NCBI RefSeq assembly: GCF_032444005.1
Contig: NC_091291.1
Coordinates: forward strand, 137,826,001 to 137,890,000
From: Ranitomeya imitator
Lineage: Eukaryota
Length of the DNA stretch: 64,000 nt
Direction of reading: 5' to 3'
Position numbers and translations under genes: made by a program. The notes beneath the pieces were generated by a model that saw only the letters and a list, made by a program, of their open reading frames with translations, did no database searches and was not told where the DNA came from. Within the stretch, counting starts at the first letter, position 1; every line of letters starts with the position of its first letter. Positions 10,300 to 22,728 of this stretch are shown here, piece after piece.

Positions 10300-13200
10300 G
10301 CTGTGTATCTAATCCTATCCTGTGTGATACTCTCTGCTGAGCCGTGTATCTAATCCTATCCTGTGTGATACTCTCTGCTGAGCCGTGTATCTAATCCTAT
10401 CCTGTGTGATACTCTCTGCTGAGCCGTGTATCTAATCCTATCCTGTGTGATACTCTCTGCTGAGCCGTGTATCTAATCCTATCCTGTGTGATACTCTCTG
10501 CTGAGCCGTGTATCTAATCCTATCCTGTGTGATACTCTCTGCTGAGCTGTGTATCTAATCCTCTCCTGTGTGATACTCTCTGCTGAGCCGTGTATCTAAT
10601 CCTCTCCTGTGTGATACTCTCTGCTGAGCCGTGTATCTAATCCTCTCCTGTGTGATACTCTCTGCTGAGCTGTGTATCTAATCCTCTCCTGTGTGATACT
10701 CTCTGCTGAGCCGTGTATCTAATCCTCTCCTGTGTGATACTGTCTGCTGAGCCATGTATCTAATCCTCTCCTGTGTGATACTCTCTGCTGAGCCGTGTAT
10801 CTAATCCTCTCCTGTGTGATACTCTCTGCTGAGCTGTGTATCTAATCCTATCCGGTGTGATACTCTCAGCTGAGCCGTGTATCTAATCCTATCCTGTGTG
10901 ATACTCTCTGCTGAGCCATGTATCTAATCCCATCCTGTGTGATACTCTCTGCTGAGCTGTGTATCTAATCCTCTCCTGTGTGATACTCTTTGCTGAGATG
11001 TGTATCTAATCCTATCCTGTGTGATACTGTCTGCTGAGCTGTGTATCTAATCCTATCCTGTGCGATACTCTCTGCTGAGCTGTGTATCTAATCCTCTCCT
11101 GTGTGATACTGTCTGCTGAGCCATGTATCTAATCCTCTCCTGTGTGATACTCTCTGCTGAGCCATGTATCTAATCCTATCCTGTGTGATACTCTCTGCTG
11201 AGCTGTGTATCTAATCCTCTCCTGTGTGATACTCTCTGCTGAGCCGTGTATCTAATCCTCTCCTGTGTGATACTCTCTGCTGAGCCGTGTATCTAATCCT
11301 CTCCTGTGTGATACTCTCTGCTGAGCTGTGTATCTAATCCTCTCCTGTGTGATACTCTCTGCTGAGCCGTGTATCTAATCCTCTCCTGTGTGATACTGTC
11401 TGCTGAGCCATGTATCTAATCCTCTCCTGTGTGATACTCTCTGCTGAGCCGTGTATCTAATCCTCTCCTGTGTGATACTCTCTGCTGAGCTGTGTATCTA
11501 ATCCTATCCGGTGTGATACTCTCAGCTGAGCCGTGTATCTAATCCTATCCTGTGTGATACTCTCTGCTGAGCCATGTATCTAATCCCATCCTGTGTGATA
11601 CTCTCTGCTGAGCTGTGTATCTAATCCTCTCCTGTGTGATACTCTTTGCTGAGATGTGTATCTAATCCTATCCTGTGTGATACTGTCTGCTGAGCTGTGT
11701 ATCTAATCCTATCCTGTGCGATACTCTCTGCTGAGCTGTGTATCTAATCCTCTCCTGTGTGATACTGTCTGCTGAGCCATGTATCTAATCCTCTCCTGTG
11801 TGATACTCTCTGCTGAGCCATGTATCTAATCCTATCCTGTGTGATACTCTCTGCTGAGCTGTGTATCTAATCCTCTCCTGTGTGATACTCTCTGCTGAGC
11901 CGGGTATCTAATCCTATCCTGTGTGATAATCTTTGCTGAGATGTGTATCTAATCCTATCCTGTGTGATACTGTCTGCTGAGCTGTGTATCTAATCCTATC
12001 CTGTGCGATACTCTCTGCTGAGCTGTGTATCTAATCCTCTCCTGTGTGATACTGTCTGCTGAGCCATGTATCTAATCCTCTCCTGTGTGATACTCTCTGC
12101 TGAGCCATGTATCTAATCCTCTCCTGTGTGATACTCTCTGCTGAGCCGTGTATCTAATCCTATCCTGTGTGATACTCTCTGCTGAGCCGTGTATCTAATC
12201 CTATCCTGTGTGATACTCTCTGCTGAGCCGTGTATCTAATCCTATCCTGTGTGATACTCTCTGCTGAGCTGTGTATCTAATCCTATCCTGTGTGATACTC
12301 TCTGCTGAGCTGTGTATCTAATCCTATCCTGTGTGATACTCTCTGCTGAGCTGTGTATCTAATCCTATCCTGTGTGATACTCTCTGCTGAGCCGTATATC
12401 TAATCCTATCCTGTGTGATACTCTCTGCTGAGCTGTGTATCTAACCCTATCCTGTGTGATACTGACTGCTGAGCTGTGTATCTAACCCTATCCTGTGTGA
12501 TACTGTCTGCTGAGCTGTGTATCTAATCATATCCTGTGTGATACTCTCTGCTGAGCCGTGTATCTAATCCTATCCTGTGTGATACTCTCCGCTGAGCCGT
12601 GTATCTAATCCTATCCTGTGTGATACTCTCCGCTGAGCCGTGTATCTAATCATATCCTGTGTGATACTCTCTGCTGAGCCGTGTATCTAATCCTATCCTG
12701 TGTAATACTCTCTGCTGAGCCGTGTATCTAATCCTATCCTGTGTGATACTGTCTGCTGAGCTGTGTATCTAATCCTCTCCTGTGTGATACTCTCTGCTGA
12801 GCCGTGTATCTAATCCTCTCCTGTGTGATACTGACTACTGAGCTGTGTATCTAACCCTATCCTGTGTGATACTGTCTGCTGAGCCGTGTATCTAATCATA
12901 TCCTGTGTGATACTCTCTGCTGAGCCGTGTATCTAATCCTATCCTGTGTGATACTCTCTGCTGAGCTGTGTATCTAATCCTATCCTGTGTGATACTCTCT
13001 GCTGAGCCGTATATCTAATCCTATCCTGTGTGATACTCTCTGCTGAGCTGTGTATCTAATCCTATCCTGTGTGATACTGTCTGCTGAGCTGTGTATCTAA
13101 TCCTATCCTGTGTGATACTGTCTGCTGAGCCGTATATCTAATCCTATCCTGTGTGATACTCTCTGCTGAGCCATGTATCTAATCCCATCCTGTGTGATAC

Positions 13201-15930
13201 TCTTTGCTGAGATGTGTATCTAATCCTATCCTGTGTGATACTGTCTGCTGAGCTGTGTATCTAATCCTATCCTGTGCGATACTCTCTGCTGAGCTGTGTA
13301 TCTAATCCTATCCTGTGTGATACTCTCTGCTGAGCCATGTATCTAATCCCATCCTGTGTGATACTCTTTGCTGAGATGTGTATCTAATCCTATCCTGTGT
13401 GATACTGTCTGCTGAGCTGTGTATCTAATCCTATCCTGTGTGATACTGACTGCTGAGCTGTGTATCTAACCCTATCCTGTGTGATACTGTCTGCTGAGCC
13501 GTGTATCTAATCATATCCTGTGTGATACTCTCCGCTGAGCCGTGTATCTAATCCTATCCTGTGTGATACTCTCTGCTGAGCCGTGTATCTAATCCTATCC
13601 TGTGTGATACTGACTGCTGAGCTGTGTATCTAACCCTATCCTGTGTGATACTGTCTGCTGAGCTGTGTATCTAATCATATCCTGTGTGATACTCTCTGCT
13701 GAGCCGTGTATCTAATCCTATCCTGTGTGATACTCTCCGCTGAGCCGTGTATCTAATCCTATCCTGTGTGATACTCTCCGCTGAGCCGTGTATCTAATCA
13801 TATCCTGTGTGATACTCTCTGCTGAGCCGTGTATCTAATCCTATCCTGTGTAATACTCTCTGCTGAGCCGTGTATCTAATCCTATCCTGTGTGATACTGT
13901 CTGCTGAGCTGTGTATCTAATCCTCTCCTGTGTGATACTCTCTGCTGAGCCGTGTATCTAATCCTATCCTGTGTGATACTGTCTGCTGAGCTGTGTATCT
14001 AATCCTCTCCTGTGTGATACTGACTACTGAGCTGTGTATCTAACCCTCTCCTGTGTGATACTGTCTGCTGAGCCGTGTATCTAATCATATCCTGTGTGAT
14101 ACTCTCTGCTGAGCCGTGTATCTAATCCTATCCTGTGTGATACTCTCTGCTGAGCTGTGTATCTAATCCTATCCTGTGTGATACTGTCTGCTGAGCTGTG
14201 TATCTAATCCTATCCTGTGTGATACTGTCTGCTGAGCCGTATATCTAATCCTATCCTGTGTGATACTCTGTGCTGAGCTGTGTATCTAATCCTATCCTGT
14301 GTGATACTCTCTGCTGAGCCATGTATCTAATCCTATCCTGTGTGATACTCTTTGCTGAGATGTGTATCTAATCCTATCCTGTGTGATACTGTCTGCTGAG
14401 CTGTGTATCTAATCCTATCCTGTGCGATACTCTCTGCTGAGCCGTGTATCTAATCATATCCTGTGTGATACTCTCCGCTGAGCCGTGTATCTAATCCTAT
14501 CCTGTGTGATACTCTCCGCTGAGCCGTGTATCTAATCCTATCCTGTGTGATACTCTCTGCTGAGCCGTGTATCTAATCCTATCCTGTGTGATACTGACTG
14601 CTGAGCTGTGTATCTAACCCTATCCTGTGTGATACTGTCTGCTGAGCTGTGTATCTAATCCTATCCTGTGTAATACTCTCTGCTGAGCCGTGTATCTAAT
14701 CCTATCTTGTGTGATACTGTCTGCTGAGCCGTGTATCTAATCCTATCCTGTGTGATACTCTCCGCTGAGCCGTGTATCTAATCCTATCCTGTGTGATACT
14801 GTCTGCTGAGCCGTGTATCTAATCCTCTCCTGTGTGATACTGACTGCTGAGCTGTGTATCTAACCCTATCCTGTGTGATACTGTCTGCTGAGCCGTGTAT
14901 CTAATCCTATCCTGTGTGATACTCTCCGCTGAGCCGTGTATCTAATCCTATCCTGTGTGATACTGTCTGCTGAGCCGTGTATCTAATCCTCTCCTGTGTG
15001 ATACTGACTGCTGAGCTGTGTATCTAACCCTATCCTGTGTGATACTGTCTGCTGAGCCGTGTATCTAATCATATCCTGTGTGATACTCTCCGCTGAGCCG
15101 TGTATCTAATCCTATCCTGTGTGATACTCTCCGCTGAGCCGTGTATCTAATCATATCCTGTGTGATACTCTCTGCTGAGCCGTGTATCTAATCCTATCCT
15201 GTGTGATACTCTCTGCTGAGCCGTGTATCTAATCCTCTCCTGTGTGATACTGTCTGCTGAGCCGTGTATCTAATCCTATCCTGTGCGATACTCTCTGCTG
15301 AGCTGTGTATCTAATCTCATCATGTGTGATACTCTCTGCTGAGCTGTGTATCTAATCCTATCCTGTGTGATACTCTCTGCTGAGCCGTGTATCTAATCCT
15401 ATCCTCTGTGATACTGTCTGCTGAGCCGTGTATCTAATCCTATCCTGTGCGATACTCTCTGCTGAGCCGTGTATCTAATCCTATCCTGTGTGATACTCTC
15501 TGCTGAGCTGTGTATCTAATCCTATCCTGTGTGATACTCTCTGCTGAGCTGTGTATCTAATCCTATCCTGTGTGATACTCTCTGCTGAGCCGTGTATCTA
15601 ATCCTATCCTCTGTGATACTGTCTGCTGAGCCGTGTATCTAATCCTATCCTGTGTGATACTCTCTGCTGAGCCGTGTATCTAGTCCTCTCCTGTGTGATA
15701 CTGTCTGCTGAGCCGTGTATCTAATCCTATCCTGTGCGATACTCTCTGCTGAGCTGTGTATCTAATCTCATCATGTGTGATACTGTCTGCTGAGCTGTGT
15801 ATCTAATCCTATCCTGTGTGATACTCTCTGCTGAGCCGTGTATCTAATCCTATCCTGTGTGATACTGTCTGCTGAGATGTGTATCTAATCCTATCCTGTG
15901 TGATACTGTCTGCTGAGCTGTGTATCTAAT
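10300..15930. repeat. 41-bp satellite, about 137 copies, in the last fbxo2 intron
   Basis: Unit gtgtatctaatcctatcctgtgtgatactctctgctgagcc; period of 41 counted directly. Confidence 0.97.
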
Positions 15931-16636
15931 CCAATCATCTGATACTGACAGCTGGGCCGTGTATCTCAGCACAGTTTCTTGTGGAGTACTTTGGGTACTT
16001 CCGGTGTAAGATTCATCCTTTATATAAATCCTGACGTCAGAAAAGAGGCTGAAACACGATGGAGATGAATCACTGATCGGCCGATAACGGCGGAAATTGC
16101 AGCAATGAAATCTCCCCGGATCCCGACTGTGGGAACAGGGAAGGAAAATATCTGCAGAACTCATTAAAAAAATCTCCCAACTTCCTATTTATTAGACTTG
16201 CACTTTGGCTGGAATAAACCTGTGTGATTTCTACGGGACGATGCGATAATGACATTCTTCCACTAGGTGTCGCTGTTGTACACTTTTCTACCTTGATGCT
16301 TCTGGGGTGCAGTGTTGTGGGGTCTGTGTATCTAAGCTGTTGTGTGATACCTCCCCGCACATTAAGGCCTCATTCAATGTCCGATTCTCTCATGTGTGAG
16401 AAAAATGAGCCCGTTATTTTGATCAGACTTTGGTCCGTTATTCTCGTATGTGCAGAAAAAGTTCTCCGCCTTCTCCTAAGTGACAATCCGTGAAAATCGT
16501 ATTCAGATGTCGTCTGATTTTTTTTTCTCAGACCCATTGACTTGCGATCAGCTCAAAAGCGGACATGTCTCAGACAGCGCTCGTACGTGAACACCGGGCG
16601 TGTGCCCGAGCTGACGGGTGGGCGCCATTTCCTCAC

Positions 16637-16772
16637 CTGGTTCCAGGCGCCGTCCGTGTTCTCGGGGACGGTGATGTTCTCACTGCAGTATTCACTGATG
16701 ACATCACGGCTGTCGGACAAGAGCTGCGCTCTCAGCTCATAGCAGCATCCACAGTCAGTCCGCGCCCCATAC
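16637..16772 (-). CDS. fbxo2: fbxo2 coding exon 4
   Basis: ttgcag|G...CAG|gtgagg, 136 nt. Encodes (W)YGARTDCGCCYELRAQLLSDSRDVISEYCSENITVPENTDGAWNQ. Confidence 0.92.
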
Positions 16773-16889
16773 CTGCAAGCAGAGGCACTCAGCTTTCCCA
16801 GGCTCCTGAGTGGCCAGCCTAGTAATACACCCCTCCCCATACATAGCAGACAGCAGTCAGGCGGCATTCCTGGACACCAATCATCTCAC

Positions 16890-16982
16890 CAGTCGCTGAC
16901 CACAATGTTGGGTTGGGCGTCCAACACTTCCTCGGTAAATCCTTCCTGAAGGAGATCGATCAGTTGGGATTTTTTGCACAAC
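16890..16982 (-). CDS. fbxo2: fbxo2 coding exon 3
   Basis: ttctcag|G...TG|gtgaga, 93 nt. Encodes (E)LCKKSQLIDLLQEGFTEEVLDAQPNIVVSD(W). Confidence 0.92.
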
Positions 16983-17044
16983 CTGAGAAGAGAAGATCTC
17001 CATCAAATGGATTGTACAGGGGAAAAAAAAGATCAGTTTGCTTC

Positions 17045-17165
17045 TAAAAACAGCGCCCCCACGTGTCCACAGGTTGTATCTGGTACCGCAGCTCAGCAGC
17101 ATTGAACTGAACGTGACAGCGCTGCAGTACCAGACACAACCTGTGGACGACTGTGGCGCTGTTCC
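17045..17165. mobile_element. Short palindromic MITE-like element (~120 bp)
   Basis: gtccacaggttgtatctggtaccgcagc is near-complementary to gctgcagtaccagacacaacctgtggac, flanked by acagcgcc/ggcgctgt. Confidence 0.6.
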
Positions 17166-17200
17166 TGTACAGTCCCTTTAATTCTTAGTCGGTCACTTAC

Positions 17201-17327
17201 TCAAAGGACGTAACAAAGTACTTGGAGACCCCGTCAGACGGAAACGGCGCCCCGCAGTCCCCCGGGAGGTCCTCCACCTTCCACTCGTCTCCTCCATTCT
17301 CTACTAGTTCCCAATGCTCCAGGCCCT
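17201..17327 (-). CDS. fbxo2: fbxo2 coding exon 2
   Basis: gtacag|AG...GA|gtaagt, 127 nt. Encodes (E)GLEHWELVENGGDEWKVEDLPGDCGAPFPSDGVSKYFVTSF(E). Confidence 0.92.
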
Positions 17328-18057
17328 CTGTACACAGAGAACACACAATGCGCAGGGCGGCAGGTACAGGAATATGATAGATTAGGGGGTCCGCCAGCTT
17401 TATTTGTTTGGGGTCTTATATATATATATTACTTAAAGGGGTTGTCCATCTTATAAACATTTTGAACCAAAGTTCGATAAAATACCAACTGCCGGCGCAC
17501 TCGACCCAGTAGATCTTCATCACTGCAGCATGGAGTGACGGCAGCCCCTATGACAGTCACATGGTGACGGATTGGCTGCAGCGGTCAGGCGACTAGAATG
17601 TATATATATAATGAAAGGTAAGGGTGTGGAAGAATGGAAGCGTCAGGTAAGAAGTTATATACGTGGTCTTCTTGTATGGGGGGAATAGTAACCGCTGCTG
17701 TCAGTCAGTGCGGCCCACCCGGGTGGTAAAAAGGGGCCCAAGTTTAAGGAATGGCCGACCTAATATTCCACCTCATGTCATGGCGGAACGTTTGGAGCCC
17801 GACACGGAGCGACCTCCTTCATCGTTCTTAGGTCTCGTGTTTCTGGGATTATTGACCATTATGATGTTTGATCTTGTAAAGTTCCGGTAAAGTCTCCACG
17901 ATGAGGACTGAGAATGAGGTGAGGACCCTACTAGCAGCTCAGTGTATCTCAGCATGCCGGACCCCTGTATGTGGCCTGGGGGGCTACGAGATGGATATTT
18001 GGGCTATGAAATGTCTTATTTTTCTTATATTTCCGCATTTTTTAGTGTTGCACTTAC

Positions 18058-18094
18058 CTTCTCCGCACGGGTTTTTAATGAGATTTTTCGCCAT
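18058..18094 (-). CDS. fbxo2: fbxo2 coding exon 1 (MAKNLIKNPCGE), no F-box upstream
   Basis: ATG at 18094-18092; G|gtaagt donor in phase with the next exon. In-frame TAA at 18121-18119; acceptor ctttctttccacgccgtttag ends at 18123. Total CDS 528 nt = 175 aa. Confidence 0.85.
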
Positions 18095-20164
18095 TTTTCG
18101 GTATTCTCGACTGCGGCGTTATCTAAACGGCGTGGAAAGAAAGGGTTAACGCTGTCAGCGAAGCTCGAGCGCTGTCGGGGGCTGACGGTCTGCGCAGATC
18201 CCACCCCGAGGACGTGTTACAATGGAAATTCTCGCTTCGTTACAATGTATCAGCGGAGGTCATCGGCCCACCCAGATACATTGCACCAAACTCACAGCGG
18301 GACGAAGCAGCCAGGAACGGTTTTAACACTTTAGATACTAATAAGAAGGTTTCAAATCACTGACAGCAACCAGAGATTTTGGAAATAATGAGGCGCGACC
18401 CCCCTGACCCCCAACATCTGCAGCAACAACAACTATTATATAGAATTGCCCCAAGACTGGCGGAAAACCCGTAACAGAAGGGCATGTGTGTACGCAGGAT
18501 CCGGCGTCAGATGTAGCAGAGCTGAAACTGCTCTCAAAGTCTTAACTATCAGCAGGAAAACTGGCAGTCCTGTGCAAATCTACAGAGATGACAAACTAGA
18601 GCAGAAGTAGCAGAGAGATTAATTGATCGGACACTTTACATAGGACTGCAGGTTTGCGTACCGCTTTATTTTATCTCAAATATGCACGAAATAAGTAAAT
18701 GACAAACTCGTCTCTGCTACATCTGTACATGCAATGATTGATCTGCAGGATCTACTCACTGGCAGGACAGACGGGCCGAGCTGAAGGGCGTCCGGAGCGG
18801 CTCCCTGCGCCGTCTTCCCAGGACTTTACACTCGACAGTCTGGAGGCTGCACCGTAATGTGACATCGGAAGCTGCCAACCTCCTCCCTGCACCATCCTGC
18901 AGACAAAGCATCTGCGCAGGCGTGGCCCGGCAGGGCTGCGGACCCCGTCCTCATATTGATCCGACAAATCACCGGCCAAGAAAAATGCAGCAGCCGCCAC
19001 CACGGGCAGCGGAGACCACGTCTGATCTGAAAATCCTGTTCTCTCCGAAACCAGATAGGACTACGGAATGCCAAAATAAATGAATGCCGCCTAATAACCT
19101 TCAGCTCACCCCGAATAATCGGCCAACAAGCAACATGGCCCCCGATCCAGCTCCCACCAGGGGTCCCACTGACTAGTGATGCTGATGCAAGTGATTTATC
19201 TGTTCACCTCTAAAAAAGAATCGCCATTCCTAACTCTGAAAAAGTTGGGTCATCAATTTTGTAACGTCGGCCATGTTCGATGTCAAAAGTGGCGTAACGC
19301 GAAGCCCCCCAACTATCAAGGGTCAATAACAGTAGTATCTGGCACATAGCTTTGGTTATGATTGGCCAGCTCAGACAATACACAGGTTTGGCCACAAGGT
19401 GGCAGCCAAGGAGAATGAATAGAAAAATGTTGCAGGTTTTTTAGACCCAGGGCTGGACTGGCCGTCGGCAAATCGGGCAAACTCCAGATGGGCTGCACCG
19501 GCCATGAGTTATATTGATTGTGACACTTAACAGACAAAAATTAACAGCTGTGGAGGAGCAAAGGGCCGTTGGCTCCCGGTTTTGTCACTTACTCCGGCAG
19601 GATTGAGGCTTCCTTCTTCTGGGTGGGGTGTTGACATCACTGCCCATGCAGGCCCACTGTGGCTGCGGTGGACGGGCATCAGGAGTACCTATAACTAATA
19701 GTTTCTTTTTTTTACATTTTCTTATATTATTGGGTCTGGGGGTTGGATGGTTGGGGACATCATACTGTACGGGGGGCTGTGGGGGACATAATACAATATA
19801 TAAGGAGCTCTGCAGCCATCATACTGTAGGGTGGGCTGTGGTCACCGTACTGTGTGGGGGGTTGTGGTGACCATTATATCAGCATACCATGTGAGGGTCT
19901 ATTGGGGCCATTATACTGTGTACGTGGAGGAGTGTGGGGACATCGTAGTGTGTGGGGACATTTTGGGGGCATCATACTCTATTGGAGGTCGTGAAAGGGG
20001 TATCATAGTGGGTGAGAACACTAAGGGGCTTCAGTAAGAGCAAAATAAGTGTGGAAGTGCCGCAATACATGTCCCTCAGCTGTGTGCCATTACTGAACTG
20101 AGGAGCCCTGTGATTTCTATATACGCTCCTGCTCAGGGGCATCATTACACTAAAGAGGCACTGG

Positions 20165-21793
20165 GGGGATTATTATAAGGAGGCACAATGAGGGGATCAC
20201 TCACTATAGGGAAAGCACAGGGGGTTTGTATTACTATAAGGTGGTACAGAATCATTATTATTATAAGGGGTCACAGGGTTATTATTATAAGGGTCACAGG
20301 GGAATTATTATTATAAGGGTCACAGGGATTATTATTATAAGGGGTCACAGGGGGATTATTATTATAAGGGGTCACAGGGGGATTATTATTATAAGGATCA
20401 CAGGGGGATTACTATTATAAGAGTCACATGGGGATTATTATTATAAGGGGTCACAGGGGAATTATTATTATAAGGGGTCACAGGGGGATTATTATTATAA
20501 GGGTCACAGAGGGATTATTATTATAAGGGGTCACAGGGGGATTATTATTATAAGGGTCACAGGGGGATTATTATTATAAGGGGTCACAGAGGGATTATTA
20601 TAAGGGTCACAGGGGAATTATTATTATTATATGGGTCACAGAGGGATTATTATTATAAGGGGTCACAGGGGAATTATTATTATAAGGGTCACAGGGGGAT
20701 TATTATCATAAGAGTCACAGGAGGATTATTATTATAAGGGGTCACAGGGGAATTATTATTATAAGGGTCACAGGGGGATTATTATTATAAGGGTCACAGA
20801 GGGATTATTGTTGTAAGGGGTCACAGGGGGATTATTATTATAAGGGTCACAGGGGGATTATTATTATAAGGGGTCACAGGGGGATTATTATTATAAGGGG
20901 TCACAGGGGGATTATTATTATAAGGGGTCACAGGGGGATTATTATTATAAGGGTCACAGGGGGATTATTATTATAAGGGTCACAGGGGGATTATTATTAT
21001 AAGGGGTCACAGGGGAATTATTATTATAAGGGTCACAGGGGGATTATTATTATAAGGGTCACAGGGGGATCATTATTATAAGGGGTCACAGGGGAATTAT
21101 TATTATAAGGGTCACAGGGGGATTATTATCATAAGAGTCACAGGGGGATTATTATTATAAGGGGTCACAGGGGAATTATTATTATAAGGGTCACAGGGGG
21201 ATTATTATTATAAGGGTCACAGAGGGATTATTGTTATAAGGGGTCACAGGGGGATTATTATTATAAGGGTCACAGGGGGATTATTATTATAAGGGGTCAC
21301 AGGGGGATTATTATTATAAGGGTCACAGAGGGATTATTATAAGGGGTCACAGGGGGATTATTATTATAAGGGTCACAGGGGGATTATTATTATAAGGGGT
21401 CACAGGGGAATTATTATTATAAGGGTCACAGGGGGATTATTATCATAAGAGTCACATGGGGATTATTATTATAAGGGGTCACAGGGGAATTATTATTATA
21501 AGGGGTCACAGGGGAATTATTATTATAAGGGTCACAGAGGGATTATTATTATAAGGGGTCACAGGGGGATTATTATTATGAGGGTCACAGGGGGATTATT
21601 ATTATAAGGGGTCACAGGGGAATTATTATTATAAGGGTCACAAGGGGATTATTATTATAAGGGTCACAGGGGGATTATTATTATAAGGGTCACAGAGGGA
21701 TTATTATTATAAGGGGTCACAGGGGGAATTATTATTATAAGGGGTCACAGGGGAATTATTATTATAAGGGTCATAGGGGGATTATTATTATAA
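20165..21793. repeat. ~27-bp minisatellite (ggggtcacagggggattattattataa), left block
   Basis: Directly visible array. It resumes at about 25595-25713 and 26470-26640 after the inserted elements. Confidence 0.95.
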
Positions 21794-21974
21794 TAGTGCG
21801 TCCGGAAGACTAACCGCTGTGCTGCAGAGGGTGACCGCAGCCGGTGTACACTGGACGCCGACAATGGTCACAGGTGCCTCGGCCGGACGCACGGTGTATG
21901 CGGCGGAAATGGGATGGACGGGTTGCGGAGAGACATCACCGACTGAGAGGACGGGTGCGCAGAAGGAACAAGAA

Positions 21975-22016
21975 ACCAACGCGTTTCCAGGGACAGCAAC
22001 CCTCTTCATCAGGGGA
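21975..22016 (-). ncRNA. Minimal type I hammerhead ribozyme motif in the Penelope terminal repeat
   Basis: Minus strand reads UCCC-CUGAUGA-AG-AGGG(UUGCUGU)CCCU-G-GAAA-C(GC)G-UU-GG: both conserved cores, a 4-bp stem II, a short palindromic stem III and a GUU triplet. Confidence 0.68.
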
Positions 22017-22728
22017 GTTGCTGCCTGCGACTTACAACGTCCTTAAATAGATTCAGGGTCAACTTTTTTTTTTCTTTCTTCTCCTTTCCCTTTATTGAGC
22101 ACAGCTGCGGTTAGTTGGTATAAAGTGTTTGGAGTCCAATCAATGATCAATGAGGGTAAATAAAGAAAAGTTAGTGGACTGATCGGAGCGATACATATGG
22201 TGCTTGTTTACAGTTGTCCAAATAAACTGGGCAGTATAAAATCAAAAACTTTGCGATAAAAACGTGTAAAAACATGTTGCAGCATATTATTAAAAGAAAA
22301 AATTAAAATGGAAAGCTGTCATTAGACAGTGTAAAAATCAATAATGATCCTACGTGTGTATTTACATGCGTAAAAAATAGGATGCTAAAATATATAGCAA
22401 AATGTATTGGATTAATATCATGCGCATATACAGGGGGCTTTGGGGGGGTTTCTCTTTGGTCCCAAAGCTGTATTGCAATATTAATAGAATGACAGAATCA
22501 TTTCCATTATTGGCGATATATATTGATTCTCCTAGGAGAGTTATATACGAAATTAAACATGAATTATATTCATGGTCCCCAGATATCTCGGTTAGTGATC
22601 AAAAGAGCAGATGTATGTTAGAATATATGTTCTTACATCGAAAAAATGGGGGGGATATGCGTCTGTTTGCATTCCAATTCTGGTGCAAAAAGAGAAAAAA
22701 AAAACATTCATATACTTCTAGCATTGCT

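Noticed and set aside
10300-15930. CRISPR-like regular repeats (also other arrays)
   Set aside because: Units are head-to-tail with no unique spacers, there are no cas genes, and the context is eukaryotic and intron-containing.
18752-19083. GC-rich ORFs upstream of fbxo2 as the missing F-box exon
   Set aside because: None of the three minus-strand frames resembles an F-box. The CCA|GTGAGT donor at 18760 fits a non-coding exon at best.
19590-19650. Mini-exon MGSDVNTPPRRRKPQSCR with a gtaagt donor (minus strand)
   Set aside because: No homology to an FBXO2 N-terminus, it lies in probable hAT-MITE sequence beginning CAGGGCTGGACTGGCC at about 19448, and it would meet the in-frame TAA at 18121.
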